A DNA stretch of 64,000 nt from Octopus sinensis (lineage: Eukaryota): positions 18,972,001 to 19,036,000 of the forward strand of contig NC_043012.1 in the NCBI RefSeq assembly GCF_006345805.1. The letters are read 5' to 3'. Positions 1-14,311 of the stretch are shown here, piece by piece. The stretch's first letter is position 1; the number at the start of each line of letters is the position of its first letter. A model generated the notes under the pieces. That model was not told the origin of the DNA. It saw nothing but the letters and a program-made list of their open reading frames with translations, and ran no database searches. A program made the position numbers and the translations under genes.

Positions 1-603
<603 letters not shown>

Positions 604-1536
604 TAAATATATATATATGTATGTTTGTGTGTGTGTATGTATGCATATATGTATGTATATATGTATGTTTGTATGTATTATATCTAAATACACTAATATA
701 TTTATATAGGGACAAGTATGCATATTAAGATATATACATTTACATCATTATGTGTGTATGTGTGTGCACGTGTATATACATATATACAAGTGTATGTGTG
801 TATGTGTGTGTGTGTGTGGGTGGGTGAATGTGTGTGTGCATATATATATATATGCACAATGACTTGAATCTCTCTTGTGTGATAAAAAATAGAATATTTT
901 CAGTAAACAATATGCGCACCTCACTGAAGGAACAGTTAAGAAACTAAAAGTCAGTCATAATTTCATTAGGCCTGTCACTGCTTGCATATAAATAGAAGTC
1001 GAAAATATTTTCAAATAATTTTCTTCTGAATATATGCTAAACATCTATGGCCTAGGGTGCTACAATATTTTTATTGAACAAATCTGTTTCGGCATTTGCT
1101 TCTGTATTTCAAGTTGGCTAAATATGGTGGATTATTTGTATTTCAACCAAATATTTCTTTTCTATTTGCCGTGGAGCTAAAATGATTTGGACATTTTTCA
1201 GAATATCCTCCGGTCACTACAAGTTCGATGCCATGAAATCACTAAAATTAAATATTCCCAACAATTCCCGTTATGTTTTGTAAAGCCTCTAGATGTATCA
1301 CGAATAATATTTCATGAAAATGACATTTACCCAATCATCACTATAATGCATGAACTTTTGGAAGTAATTTTTGTTTCGACATCACCCCTATGAATAACTA
1401 ATAATTGTTAATGGTAACACGTTTATGCAGTACATACGGCATATGTGTTGGGGTGCCTCAAGCTTATATTGATCAATCAAACAATGCTTAATATTCGAGC
1501 GTAGATGGATAGACATAGATATTATTTACCGAAATC

Positions 1537-1603
1537 CGTTTTTATCGTTGTCATAGCACACACAGATACAGAGACACCTTTTCATACTGAATGCATATGA
1601 ACG

Positions 1604-1668
<65 letters not shown>

Positions 1669-1692
1669 TTATATATACATATATATATATAT

Positions 1693-1741
<49 letters not shown>

Positions 1742-1799
1742 CGTTTTTATCGTTTTCATAGCACACACGAGACACCTTTTCATATTGAATGCATAGAAC

Positions 1800-1800
<1 letters not shown>
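1537..1800. repeat. Imperfect tandem duplication (~65-bp unique unit, period 205 bp) separated by (TA)n
   Basis: CGTTTTTATCGTTGTCATAGCACACAC...GAGACACCTTTTCATACTGAATGCATATGAACG at 1537 and CGTTTTTATCGTTTTCATAGCACACACGAGACACCTTTTCATATTGAATGCATAGAACG at 1742. Confidence 0.85.
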
Positions 1801-1845
<45 letters not shown>

Positions 1846-1883
1846 TATATATATATTATATATATATTATATATATATATTAA

Positions 1884-2816
1884 AAAATTAACCTTAAAAT
1901 AGAAACAGACATTTTTTACAAAGCCACAGACGCCAAACAATACCTTCTTTTTAATTCATGCCACCCAAGACACACTAAAACAAACATCCCCTTCAACCTT
2001 GGAAGAAGGATATGCACAATAGTGTCAGAACAAAATATCAGGAACTTTAGACTGCAAGAACTCAAAAACACCCTAATTGACAGACATTACCCAGCTCAAC
2101 TCATAGAGGATGGGATCAGACGTGCAACAGAAATCAACATAGAAACTTTAAGAAAAGTTCAACACAACAACACACCTTCCCCGAAAATACTACCTTACAT
2201 ATCTACATACAACCCCAGAAACAAAGAAGCCTTCACCATCTTCACCCAGAATTTACCAATACTTCATAAAAACCCAAAATTAAAGGAAATTCTAAACATA
2301 CACCAAATCATTAAAGGCTACAAACAGCCTAAATCACTTAAAAAGATTCTCACAAAGGCAAAATTGTCTTCTAAAATTACGGATGCAAAAGTAAAAAAAT
2401 GTCGTAGCTCGAACTGTGCAACATGTCCTAACCTATTGGAAGGATCAGAATTCTTCTTTAAAAAGGGACAGAAATTCAAGATCAAATCTAACTTTACTTG
2501 TGCCTCTGAAAACATAATTTATGTTATTAAATGCTCGGGCTGCCACCAAGACTACGTGGGTTCCACGGGACTATCACTCAGGCGTAGATGCACACTGCAT
2601 CGACAACAGATTGCATTCCCAGAATATAGAATGATACCTTTTAGTGAGCACATTGAGAAATGCGCAAAGCAACTACTGCCACAATTTTTAATCTACCCAT
2701 TTTACCAATGTGCTTTCGGATCATCAACACAAATGAGACTGAACAAGGAAACATTCTTCATTGAAAAGTACAAACCCAGACTCAACCATCCGAACATACT
2801 GACACAGAGAAATTAA
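1884..2816 (+). mobile_element. Penelope-like retroelement, 5'-truncated ORF (RT C-terminal/thumb region + GIY-YIG endonuclease)
   Basis: The track ORF 2022-2816 extends upstream in frame to 1884 ([50 protein letters not shown]), matching the PLE RT motif YxKxTDxxxYLxxxSCHPxHxKxNIPF. It is followed by a Cys-rich linker (CRSSNCATC), the GIY-YIG motif NIIYVIKCSGCHQDYVGST, His residues of the PLE CCHH motif (LHRQQI, EHIEKC) and the terminus KETFFIEKYKPRLN. No stops over 310 codons. It begins abruptly at a (TA)n tract. Confidence 0.93.
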
Positions 2817-2952
2817 CAAGGAAAAGGGGAAAAAAACTTTTAAGCGATTATCTCCCTTACACCGGAAGAAATCACTCACTACCTCCCCTTATTTAGAAAT
2901 CTCCTGGAAATAAACACAACGATAACTCCATGCAATATAAACATAACGTCAC

Positions 2953-2992
2953 AAGAAATTTGAAAAGCTACGCGCGAAACCGGTAATTTCTT
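2953..2992 (+). ncRNA. Minimal type-I hammerhead ribozyme (U3:A8 variant) in the Penelope 3' terminal repeat region
   Basis: AAGAAAU-UUGAAAA-GC-uacgc-GC-GAAA-CCGG-UA-AUUUCUU. Stem I is 7 bp (2953-2959 with 2986-2992), stem II is 2 bp, stem III is the palindrome ACCGGU, and the cleavage triplet is GUA. It lies about 140 nt after the PLE stop codon, where PLE hammerheads are known to occur. Confidence 0.75.
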
Positions 2993-3127
2993 TAAAAATT
3001 TTAAAATTATGTCATTTTAAGGAAACGAAAAAAAATTTTTCCAATATTCTCCAGACATTTTGACACAAATATACATATTTTTTAACATTTAAGCCTTCTG
3101 TCGTTTTTTCACACTTTACTATTTTCT

Positions 3128-3326
<199 letters not shown>

Positions 3327-3327
3327 C

Positions 3328-3358
<31 letters not shown>

Positions 3359-3495
3359 CATATATATATGTATATATACATATATTATATACATACATAT
3401 ATATATTATATACATACATATATATATATTATATATATATATATATAAATGTATTTATACATACATATATTTGCATATAAACATATATAAATATA

Positions 3496-3556
<61 letters not shown>

Positions 3557-4215
3557 GTGTTTCTATGTATATATGTATATGTACGTATATACATATATGT
3601 GTGTTTCTGTCTGTGTTTTTGTGCGTATGTGTGCGTGTGTATGTTTCTGTTTGTACCCCCACCATCATTTGAGAACCCCTAAACATATCTGTTGGGCAAA
3701 ACAAACCGAATGAAGGTGTGCTAGACTTGCAAAGAATACATCGATCTCATCGACTAAATACGGTACTCCTGTCCGGCCACCGTCCCATGACGTTTGTAAA
3801 TGTGTGTTTTCTCGTGTGTATTGAGGTAATAAACATGATTCATCGTAGCCAGCATCATAAAGTTATTTTAAACACTATGAAAAAATATTTTTCCATTTAT
3901 TAATGCTATAAGAGAAAATAAATAACGTATGTAATGTCGATGATTTAACAGTATATTGGAATTTGGATGCCATTATTGAAAATGTAGTCCCATGTAATTA
4001 TTGTAGAGATGTAAGGACAAAAGTGGGCGTGATTCCGCCACACGAATTGTTATCAGATAAGCTTTCCTGTCTGTCGTTTCGAAACTGATATAATACGTAG
4101 ATAAATAGGTATTGTCTACTGTATGCTGGATAATGACAAGTATAATAAATATTTTATCAGACATATCCAGAATATATGGCCATATCGAGGCAGCGACACT
4201 TGTGCTAATGTTTGT

Positions 4216-4700
4216 TTAATGTTGATGCATTTCTACGTTGTGTTGAAGAAATCGGTCCTGCTCAAGGAATGATTTGAGCAGAGCCCTGTTTTTGTGGTAT
4301 TTATAGTGGTGTTCACCTGGTAACTCAGATGACCAAAAACAAACAAACAAATTTCTATGAACATGTCCACATCCACAACAAGTAGATAGGGGCCTGTTCA
4401 CAGAGAAATTGAATTTGAAATTGCACTGAGAAAGGATAAAATATATTTTTGTTTTATTCTGTTTAAAGTTTGGAACGGTTTCACAGTTTACACTGATTTT
4501 CAACAAGTTGAAATAGAAAGACGTGGCATATATCGCAGCTATCTTGCATCTGAATTGTTTTTGAAGCTTGCCGTAGTTGTATAATTTTATGGTAAAAATT
4601 AGTATAGGTTTTGAGTACGAGTTGACTGTTGGTGGATAGACTCATGAATGGTCTTAGACATTTTTGTAGGTTCCCATCTATGTACGAGTGTCGGCACCAA
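4216..4700 (-). mobile_element. Highly degenerate Penelope-like GIY-YIG fragment
   Basis: The minus-strand ORF 4216-4506 contains CETVPNFKQ...FKFNFSVN...TCCGCG, roughly colinear with CATCPNLLEG...FKIKSNFTC...KCSGC of the element at 1884. It has many substitutions and frameshifts. Confidence 0.4.
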
Positions 4701-5059
4701 GTGACACTGTTAACTGGGCATGTCTAATGACAGCACCTAACAATTAATGCTCGGGACGTTTTCTGTCAAGTATTTGTATACAAAGAACACGTGATTAATT
4801 TTAGCACCTTTTGTACGTTTCCCGCTACATCCGTGCATTAGTATCACTTAACAGTGTAATTTGCGCCTAAAATTAATGCCGTTACTTTCGAGTGAAAATG
4901 TTTAGTAACACCCAAGTCACACTAAATTTAATCTCCCTGGTTGAAGAGTGAACAGGAGTTGCTTGTGATTAAAGTCTAGGTTGTTAGCTGTGTGAGTTAC
5001 TTATGTTAAGTGGCAGAGTGAATATTGTGTGTGAATAGTTATTTTGCTGGTAGTCTGTA

Positions 5060-6130
5060 ATAGTTTAAGCCTCGGTTTGTAATTTTATATGAAAGTACTT
5101 TCTTTGTTTATCCTTGCTACGGGATATACCTACATTGGGAAGACCTGTAATTTAGAGGACTTACTTTTGGCACATATGCTTATGTGTCCACTGAGTGGAT
5201 TCTGTCTAGTTCTGGTGCTTCGTATTTGTTGTCGGTGAATAGTCACCCTATTTTTTATAGTATACTTTGTTTGACCTATGTAATGTTCATTATATCCTTG
5301 ACATTTAATAGTGTATATTAAATACATTGAAGAATATGTAAAATTATTTTTTACAGCAGCAATCTGTCCTGATTTGGAGTTGTAAGTTGCGTCTTCAAAT
5401 TTTATATATATGTATATGTGTGTGTGTGTGTTTGTATGCGCGTGTATATAGTTATCTGTGTGTGCGTTTATGTTGTTTTTTTTTATTAAATTTAGGATTA
5501 TTTTATTGGGTACAACTCATTCAGGTATAGGCACGTTTGTATGTCGGTGTGGATATTTAACTGTGTTTGTTTTGGTAAGTAGGTAGACAATGTGTCAGTA
5601 GTTTTAAACATTCATGGTTCTTCTGATTTAACAATATAAAGGTCAAAGTTTGAAAGTTTAGTCAACTATTTAAGAACTTACAAATGACAACCTTTTAGCA
5701 ATCTAATTTTAGGGGTTTAGAAATGAATGTAACAAGATATGTTTAAGCTCTTTATTTCCTTTACTGTATTGTTGTTATATAGTATATTGTTTGCTTTTTA
5801 TGTGGAAATAGGGTATGTCATGGTGAGTGAGTAAAGAAATCGTTTATCTTGTGTTTTGATCTTTACAAGTGGATGTGGGTAAGTGTATTATTTGTTCTGT
5901 ATCATTATCTCTAAGAGTTTATTGTTCCACAATCAGTTTGATTAGTATATGAACATTATCATCCATGTGTCTTATGAAGATAGATTTTTTTGAGATTTTT
6001 AGATATGTGTTTATAAATACCACATGAATTAGGTTTCAAATATATTATTTTAGACTTCTGGATATATGCAACAGTGGTGCATTATAAAAGGTGTGTATAT
6101 ATTTTCATGTATGACAATGTGAAAAGAAAT
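5060..6130 (-). mobile_element. Degenerate Penelope-like element (RT end + GIY-YIG), interrupted by a microsatellite
   Basis: ORF 5130-5327 reads (NNFTYSSM)YLIYTIKCQGYNEHYIGQTKYTIKNRVTIHRQQIR...HISICAK, a GIY-YIG motif. The terminus KESTFI*NYKPRL near 5065-5105 mirrors the element at 1884. A possible RT catalytic remnant IRHMDD lies near 5955-5975. Confidence 0.8.
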
Positions 6131-6269
6131 ATTGTTTCAATGAAAAATAATGACATGAAATTTCAAAATGAAAAGATTTAGAATTTGCAAAAGGATTTCA
6201 TATACACATTTATATAAATATATTTCTCATCCTTTACTAGTTTCACGCATAAACACAGATACACACGTG

Positions 6270-6353
<84 letters not shown>

Positions 6354-6749
6354 TACATATGGATTGCAATATTTCGCCTGGGCATAGCGAGAGGAACAAC
6401 CTGTTGTAGAACTCAAATTACATATAATCGAAAACGCAATGTAAGATGAATATACAATGGAAATTGGAACAAGGTGATGGCACCAGAAAAAGCAAAGTTT
6501 TCATATTGAACTTCATTACTTCACAACTGTTTCTGCTATGAGATGTGCTGGATTTTTGGGTACATCTCTGAGGAACACACTATAGAGCCTTGGATATAAA
6601 ACGCACTTTGTCTGGGAAAATGTCATTTTCAGACCATACAGGTTTTAGAAGTGAGAACGTTAATATTGATGTCCATGGGAACATCTGATGCGTGAAACAA
6701 GTGAAAGATAAAGCTATCTTTATAGGTATATATGTATGTACAGAACGCA

Positions 6750-6789
<40 letters not shown>

Positions 6790-7478
6790 TATATATATAC
6801 AATGCATTAAAAATTAATCCAGCTTGCTTGCAATGTTACACACCCAAACCGGCGCATAATGACATAAGGCTTTGAAACTGGTGCCTCTGAAAAGTGGATA
6901 CAAACGAAATTAAAATATGTTTCGCGTAAATAAATCGGACCAGTGGTTACTGAGATATTTGAGTTTTGGAGGCGCAAATACCTAAAAGGGTGCATAACGT
7001 GAAAATATCCCGAAAATAAGAATCTTTTCCATTAGACATTATGATGGGCAAAATATCTTTAAGTGAAAATGACTTTAAATATACGGCAAATATTTCGTAA
7101 AAGCATTTGATAAAATTACTATTGAATGGAATGAAACCGGAAGTACATGTTTAAAGAGTGAACTTCTGAGTTCCGTATGCACATATAAAGAGCACGTTGA
7201 AAGTTTTATCACTCTACTCGAAAAGGACGTTGCAATGTATTTAGAACTTGGTAACCGTTCGAAATTGTCATGTATTTGACCTTTATTTTATGTATACATA
7301 AAACAGAATATTTCCTCTCTTTTCGCATCTAAAAGAAAAAGCAAATAAACAAAAAATGTAACATGATCTTAGGAGCAAATTATGGTCAACACGTATCCAT
7401 AGCATACCGAAATGAACCAGCTAATGATTATTTCAAAAATCAAGCACATTCTGATTAATCGAATAAGATTTGTTTTCA

Positions 7479-7590
7479 AGAATTTTCCTATGATAATATT
7501 TTCAGAAATTTCTCTATAATAATATTTTCAGAAATGTCTCTAAAATAATATGTTTAGAAATTTTTCTATAATAATATTTTTTTAGGAATT
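7479..7590. repeat. 26-bp minisatellite, ~4 copies
   Basis: The unit AGAAATTTCTCTATAATAATATTTTC is repeated four times with substitutions. Confidence 0.8.
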
Positions 7591-8752
7591 TGTAAGTAGA
7601 CAACTACCTAGCATTGCCGAAACTGTAGAAATCAGCAGCTTTTACTTTTTCATCTGTTTAGATGACATTATACACTTAAATTGTATTCCTTTTTAGTGAT
7701 GTTTAAAGTTATTGTGTGTCGAAGTTTAGAGGCAAAATTGCAGTAATCAAGACAGTGAATTCCGTGCGTCCGTTTGGTAGGAAAGCCATTCCTGTGCAAT
7801 TTCTATATATTTTCCGAGAATATTTGCTATTTCAATTATTGATAACAGGAAGCTTCAAGGACAAATCCTTTAATATTTATTGAGAGAATTAATGATGTGC
7901 TGCACTCAAACAGGGCAGCAAGTAGACACATTGGAGATCCAGTAACGGAATAAATCAGCTTGGATGATAAATATTTAAACAAATATATTCGATTTTGTGA
8001 GAAAGGTGTGAAGCTGACAGAAGGACCTAGCTACCATAATACTATAAAAATATTGTATATGTGTTAGAAATGCGTTTCCCATTAACCACCCCTTGGTCTT
8101 TATATACAAGGAAGCACAAAATGAAATCTACGTACAATCCGCCAAGATATGTAATGCAGAATGACGTGTCCTGCTTGCTAGTAATTACGCGAAACATAAT
8201 AAATGATTACTTGGATTCGAAAACTTAACCGTGTATTCTCTATTGGATTCTAAGTGTACATGAAACGAATTCTGCAAGGAACTTCAAGGTCGTACGCGTA
8301 TGTCCATATATCTCAAATTGGCTTCTGAATAATTTTGTAGAAAATGCTAAAGAACGAATTCCCCTATACATATACATACACAAAAGTACAATATCAGTAT
8401 TTGAGTGTTTGTGCATGTGTTTGTGTATGCACATATACGTGTGTGTGTGTGTGTATGCGTGTGTGTGTGTGTGTGTATAAGGGCGAGGGAGAGAGAGAGA
8501 GAACAAATAGAAGGAGGGAGAGCAAGTATTATATGAGTATCAGCATGCGCTTTGTGATTACGTGCAAAATTGTCTTAACCTACACGCAATATTTCGCATT
8601 GAATTCCATGGTCGGAGCATTCTGCACGTCTCTTGCTTTGTTCGTGTCCGTTTTGCGTTGTAAACGTCATGCAGGATACACCAAAACTATGCGTGCAAGG
8701 ATTATAATCTTATATTTGGGCAGCCACAAGTAGAATTAGACGCTCATGGTGA

Positions 8753-8786
<34 letters not shown>

Positions 8787-8787
8787 C

Positions 8788-8833
<46 letters not shown>

Positions 8834-8836
8834 CAC

Positions 8837-8909
<73 letters not shown>

Positions 8910-8947
8910 TAGAGTGAGAGAGAGATCTAGATATATACATGTATACA

Positions 8948-9087
8948 ACAGGATTCTTTTAGGTTCCATATACCGAATCAAGTCACAGAGTTGGTCGGTG
9001 CGGGGCTGTAGTGGGGCTCTACTGCCATGTTGTGGCATTGGACCCGGAACCATGTTGATTGAAAGCAAGCTTCTTACAACACAGACA
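8948..9087 (-). mobile_element. Degenerate 5' half of tRNA-derived SINE family A
   Basis: TTGGTCGG...GGGGCTGTAG...GGACCCGGAACCATGTTG...GCAAGCTTCTTAC matches the head of the 27071-27522 copy. Confidence 0.6.
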
Positions 9088-9995
9088 AAGAGATCTTCTA
9101 AACCTTGGTTATTTACCCTCCTAGAATGAACGGAATCATTTTCTTTTGAATGAATATATGAATATTTACATTCTTCAAAAAGAGAATATGAGAAAGGCAA
9201 ACATAACAAAAATCACAGAGGCTTAGATCAAAAACAAATTAATAATTCCACACAAAAACTCTCCCAGGTCTACAAGTCAATAGACTTCCTCTAATAGGAC
9301 GGTAGCCAAAAACGTTGGCCAGGTGCAGTGGCGTTGATGCTAAAAAGAAAAGAAAATTGAAAAATGCCATATTTATTTATTCCCGTCGTATTGTCTTCCA
9401 CTTAATTTGCATCGTCTTGTGAATGGTGACTGGAAGACCTTTTACATTTGGGTTAAGATTTAAGTTACCGATTTTACAATATAGCAAACTAAAATAGAAA
9501 AATGCGTCTTGAAACTCAAAATATCTTTTTCATTGTGTTCTTAACTGTCTCGATATGTTTCTTATTTTAGATCGATTTGAAAGACATTTGTGTAGAAAAC
9601 AAAATCCAATATAAGGAATGATTGAAATATTATCGCAAGGAAATTTGCGAATTATTTTCTCTACTTTCCCCTCGTTACGTTTTCTGCTTCATAATTACTG
9701 CAGTAGCTAGATACATATATATGTACACGCATAAATGTAAGTCTACATGTCTCTATGTATCTAGTAGTATACATACACACATACAAACACACACATATAT
9801 ACACACATACGCACACACACACAAATTATATGTACAAAATTATGCGTATATATACACATGACCATAAAATTATACGACGAATCCATTTATTTTTCTCTCC
9901 CTCCCCCTCTCTATCTCTGTCCGTCTGTCTCTCTCTTTATATATATATATATATATAATATATATATATATAGATAGATAGATAGATAGATAGAT

Positions 9996-10063
<68 letters not shown>

Positions 10064-10933
10064 TATCTGTACCTAACTGTATATATGTCCGTGTGTAAAC
10101 ATATATGTTCACAACCACTCACAGACAAACAGAGAATCAGATATACATACACACGCACACACGCGCAGATACATTTCAGTCAGACTTGTAATTTTTCTAT
10201 TTTATACAAACATAACAAAAGTATTGTCGTGGAAAACGTCACAGAATGTGAATCGAAGAAAATATTTCCTACCAATTATATGAACATACATATCTACCTA
10301 CACATACACACAAACACAGCTGCGCGCACGTAGTCTTCTTTCGTCGATAGCCTAACCAAACAAGCACTCAACACATTTGTTAACAACTGAAATTAATTAT
10401 ATAGTACATTGTTTCCAGCCACGAAGCAAATTATATGCTCTTCTTAGTTAATTTGTGTTTCAGCATTGTTTCTGGGTTCATGTGATATGTGTTAGAATCC
10501 GCTTTATGAGTTTTAATGCAATATTCATCCAGGCTGCCTCTGGAACGGGAAATACACGACGTATGCAGTTTGGGCAGATATTTCCTGGGGAAAGAATGCT
10601 TCAGATAAAATGACAAACACCTAATTTCAACAAATATCCAGAAATAAGTATATAATGTCGATGATGAGTAGAAGGGAGTAAGTAAGTCTGTATATGAATG
10701 TGTCCGTGTGTGTATGGATGTGTATATGTGCATGCATGTGTGTAGATGTGTCTTTTTCTGATCGTTATTTTGCATATGTCTATGTAAGAAACGATATGAT
10801 GTGCTTATTCAGTCCCCATAATGAAGAGCTGCTTCTGAATCTGTTACACATATCTGATAAGGAGTCTACCATGTCATATTTTTACCCATTTAATGTGTTC
10901 ATCTCCTCCATCGGTTTTCAAAATATATATATA

Positions 10934-11187
10934 CAGTAATCCCTCGACTACTGTCCAAACCGGTCTGCGATAGGTGAAAGTCCGCGAAGTAGAAGCAGTA
11001 CTGCACTGTATATTTCGTTATTATTATTTTTATAAATTGTATATATTTTTTTTACTATAAATGTAAAACAACACCACGGTGGAATCGCCGTAAATTTAAA
11101 TAATAAATAGCAATAGGTGAAATGCAACAGGTGATTCGCGATAGGTGAACCACGATAGATGAACCGCGATATGTCGATGGATTACTT
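10934..11187 (+). mobile_element. Tigger/pogo-like non-autonomous DNA transposon (MITE)
   Basis: The left end TA-CAGTAATCCCTCGACTA and right end TATGTCGATGGATTACT form an imperfect terminal inverted repeat. There are internal CGATAGGTGAA repeats. A 44-bp piece recurs inverted at 26777-26820. Confidence 0.7.
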
Positions 11188-11240
11188 TACGTGTGTGTGT
11201 ATGCATCAATGTGTGTGTGTGTGTATGTATGTATATATAT

Positions 11241-11316
<76 letters not shown>

Positions 11317-12592
11317 GGTGTGTGTGTGTGTTGTGTGTGAAAATCTCTCCCGTCAAAGACGACATATGGGCGTTCAGCTTTTGCGGAACGATCTGCACAA
11401 AGGATTTGTTTAGAGTGATCATATGTATGTGCCGTATATTAGCCCACACATCCCAGCAAGGTGCACGGTGTACTACGCATGAGGTGTCGCAGAGGAAAGT
11501 GTAAGCCTATATGTATGTATATAAATATCCATGACATCATATTCGTTACGGAATATTCACTGTCATAACATGCAATTATGTAACTCGAAAATCATTACTT
11601 GTCTAATGTAGTCATTAAGTGCTACTTATAACATGGAGTTAATGAGAAAATAGCTTTCACTTACTAAATTGCAGACACAATTACAGGCACGATTTTTATA
11701 TACGCAAAAGTGAGATAATATTATTATGAAAGACTATGTATGTATACAAAAGCACACATACACACAGAAACAGAGTTATGTATATTTTATAGCATATAGA
11801 ACATAGCATATATTTTGCATACATCTATTAGTACGCTTGTAATTGTGTTTTCTCATAATTTCCTATGCATACAGAAGCATATATGTATTGATCGCAAACA
11901 TTCAAAATTCAAAGAAATTCTATTCTTGTGTCATGCAAATCCATTAACAATAATTACTCTAATTCTGTTGGAAATGAAAGAATAAATCAAAATACATTAA
12001 ATAATGATAATATAACTAATTTCGTCACAGATCAATTATTGAATGACTTTGTGAAAGCATCGATATTTCTCGTATAGATTATCCCCCGAAATGGATTGTT
12101 TAAAAGTATAAATTAAGCCAACTACTATTAAAAATATGATAAACTTGAAGTTTTTTGACGTTTCCACTTTCGTTTGTATTTTAAGAGGTTCTTCATGTTA
12201 TTCCTTCATGGTTTCTCTGCATTGCCATAGATGTCACTTTCTCCGTAAATGTAAGCGAAATACAATCTTAAATCCCACAGTCATACGTCAAGAGATATAA
12301 AGGGAGGTAGGTGCAGATAATGAATTAAGTGGCATTAGAAATGTAGAATTTATGGAAGAATTTGCTTCCAGCAAATCTTAGGAATTATGAGGAAATCGTG
12401 CGATGTTTTGACAGCTGTCTGTCTTCGTTCAGATTAACATGAGCATCGGCAAAAATCAACATAGCAATAATTGTCAGAAAAAGGCTAATCCCCAGGTGAG
12501 TTCTTTAATCCTTATGAATGTTGCTTTAGTGCAACATAATATGTACATACAGGAATACATATACATACGAGTGTAAGTGCGTGTGTATGCAC

Positions 12593-12623
<31 letters not shown>

Positions 12624-12700
12624 ATATGTGTGTGGGCGTGTGTGTGGTACACATATATTTAAATACATGTGTATAGGTATATACATATACATCTACGTCT

Positions 12701-12757
<57 letters not shown>

Positions 12758-13599
12758 TGTGTATGTGTGTGTATTTGTATGTGTGTGCGTGTGTAGATAT
12801 GTTATAGGAATACTGGGAATAATTCAAAAGAACAACGAAGAGTAATTAAATGAAGACGTACCGTCGACGTGATGATGTGTGATTATTACTCGTTTATGAT
12901 ATCAAACCCAATAAAAAGTTACATCTATAATGTTTTTGTGTGTGACGAGGACTGGAACGTGATAACATTAACAACAATCAACGCTCAAAGATATTCCAAA
13001 TGTTACGGTATGTTCATAATTTTGCAACCTGTTTATCTGATAACCCGATGCAATTATATTTATCTCAATTCCGATAAGCAATAAATGACTTGTAACCATA
13101 TAAAATTGTATGGTTTGCAACTTGATCCTTTGTATCAAACGTTCATCTTTTTGTGCGAAACAATATTCTTCCAGAAACATTCATTGTAACCCAGAAACAT
13201 TCAGTTTTCTTAAACTGTATTATTTGAGCATAAACCATATCTTCGCTGATCTCCTGCTTAAATGTTTTGATGACCTATGAAAAACGTATTACGAACGCAA
13301 TTGCCGGTCTAATATATCTGATTATCAGACTCAAAATCAAGTAGCTTTACGTTATAAACATGCTTAATTAAATTTCAAAAGCTTCACATACTCAACGTAA
13401 TTATTTGAGAGACATTAACGAAGAATGTATATATTTCGTCGTATTTTATCATTCACCATGATACTCAACACTGACGTCAGATTTTGATTTGTGTGTCTCT
13501 CAATCTTTCAGATATATTGCATTCGTGTGAATATCAGACTATAAAAAATGTGTAATATTATCTCATAAATGAAACAAACGGCTCTCAATCTTCCACGTG

Positions 13600-13735
13600 T
13601 TGGCTGAATCGTTAGCACTCCGTGCAAAAGTCAATTGCTTTTCATCTTTTCGGGGTTGATGAAGTAAGTACCAGCGGAGTATTGGCAGGATGTGGTCGAC
13701 TTACACCTTCCCCCGAAATTACCGGCATTGCACTA
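13600..13735 (+). mobile_element. Degenerate tRNA-derived SINE fragment (family C)
   Basis: TTGGCTGAATCGTTAGCACTCCG (A-box-like head) followed by TTTCATC-TTTCGGGGTTGATGAAGTAAGTACCAG...GTGGTCGAC. It resembles an abundant octopus SINE (recognition only) and is internally deleted. Confidence 0.5.
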
Positions 13736-14143
13736 CAATCTGAAATTAATCTTATCTATCTTTTTTACGCCATTTCACGAAAAAACATTTTTAACTAACA
13801 CGCTCTCATTTTACTTTTCCTGCAATCCCAAGGAAATCATTAATAAAACAAAATTAGAATTTTGCACTTAATTATAATGATTAAGCTCTTATATATCCCA
13901 TCGTAAATACCTATTTTTAGAAGTTATCTTTCGCGATGTTAAGTGAACATATTCCATTTAATTACAATAAAATGGTAAACACTTCTAGTAAATGGAATAT
14001 AAAATAAGCAATTATGTAACACGTAGCACGGGTGTTTGAATAGCACTAAACATATTGAAATATGAATAGGAAGACAGACACACACACACACATTCTCTCT
14101 CTCTTTCTCCGTTCCTTTCTCTTTCTCTCGCTCTCTCGGCCCG

Positions 14144-14232
<89 letters not shown>

Positions 14233-14264
14233 GTGTGTGTGTGTGTGTGTGTATACATACACAC

Positions 14265-14311
<47 letters not shown>

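Noticed and set aside
5357-5381. Apparent 25-bp plus-strand micro-exon (TTTTACAG| ... |GTAAGT)
   Set aside because: It lies within the antisense of the Penelope coding remnant (…KNNFTYSSMYLIY…), so the splice signals are probably coincidental.
6810-7010. Segment resembling a DNA-transposon subterminal region
   Set aside because: No terminal inverted repeat pair or second copy was found in the window.
7479-7590. Regularly spaced 26-bp repeats considered as a possible CRISPR array
   Set aside because: The units are head to tail with no unique spacers, the context is eukaryotic, and there are no cas genes.
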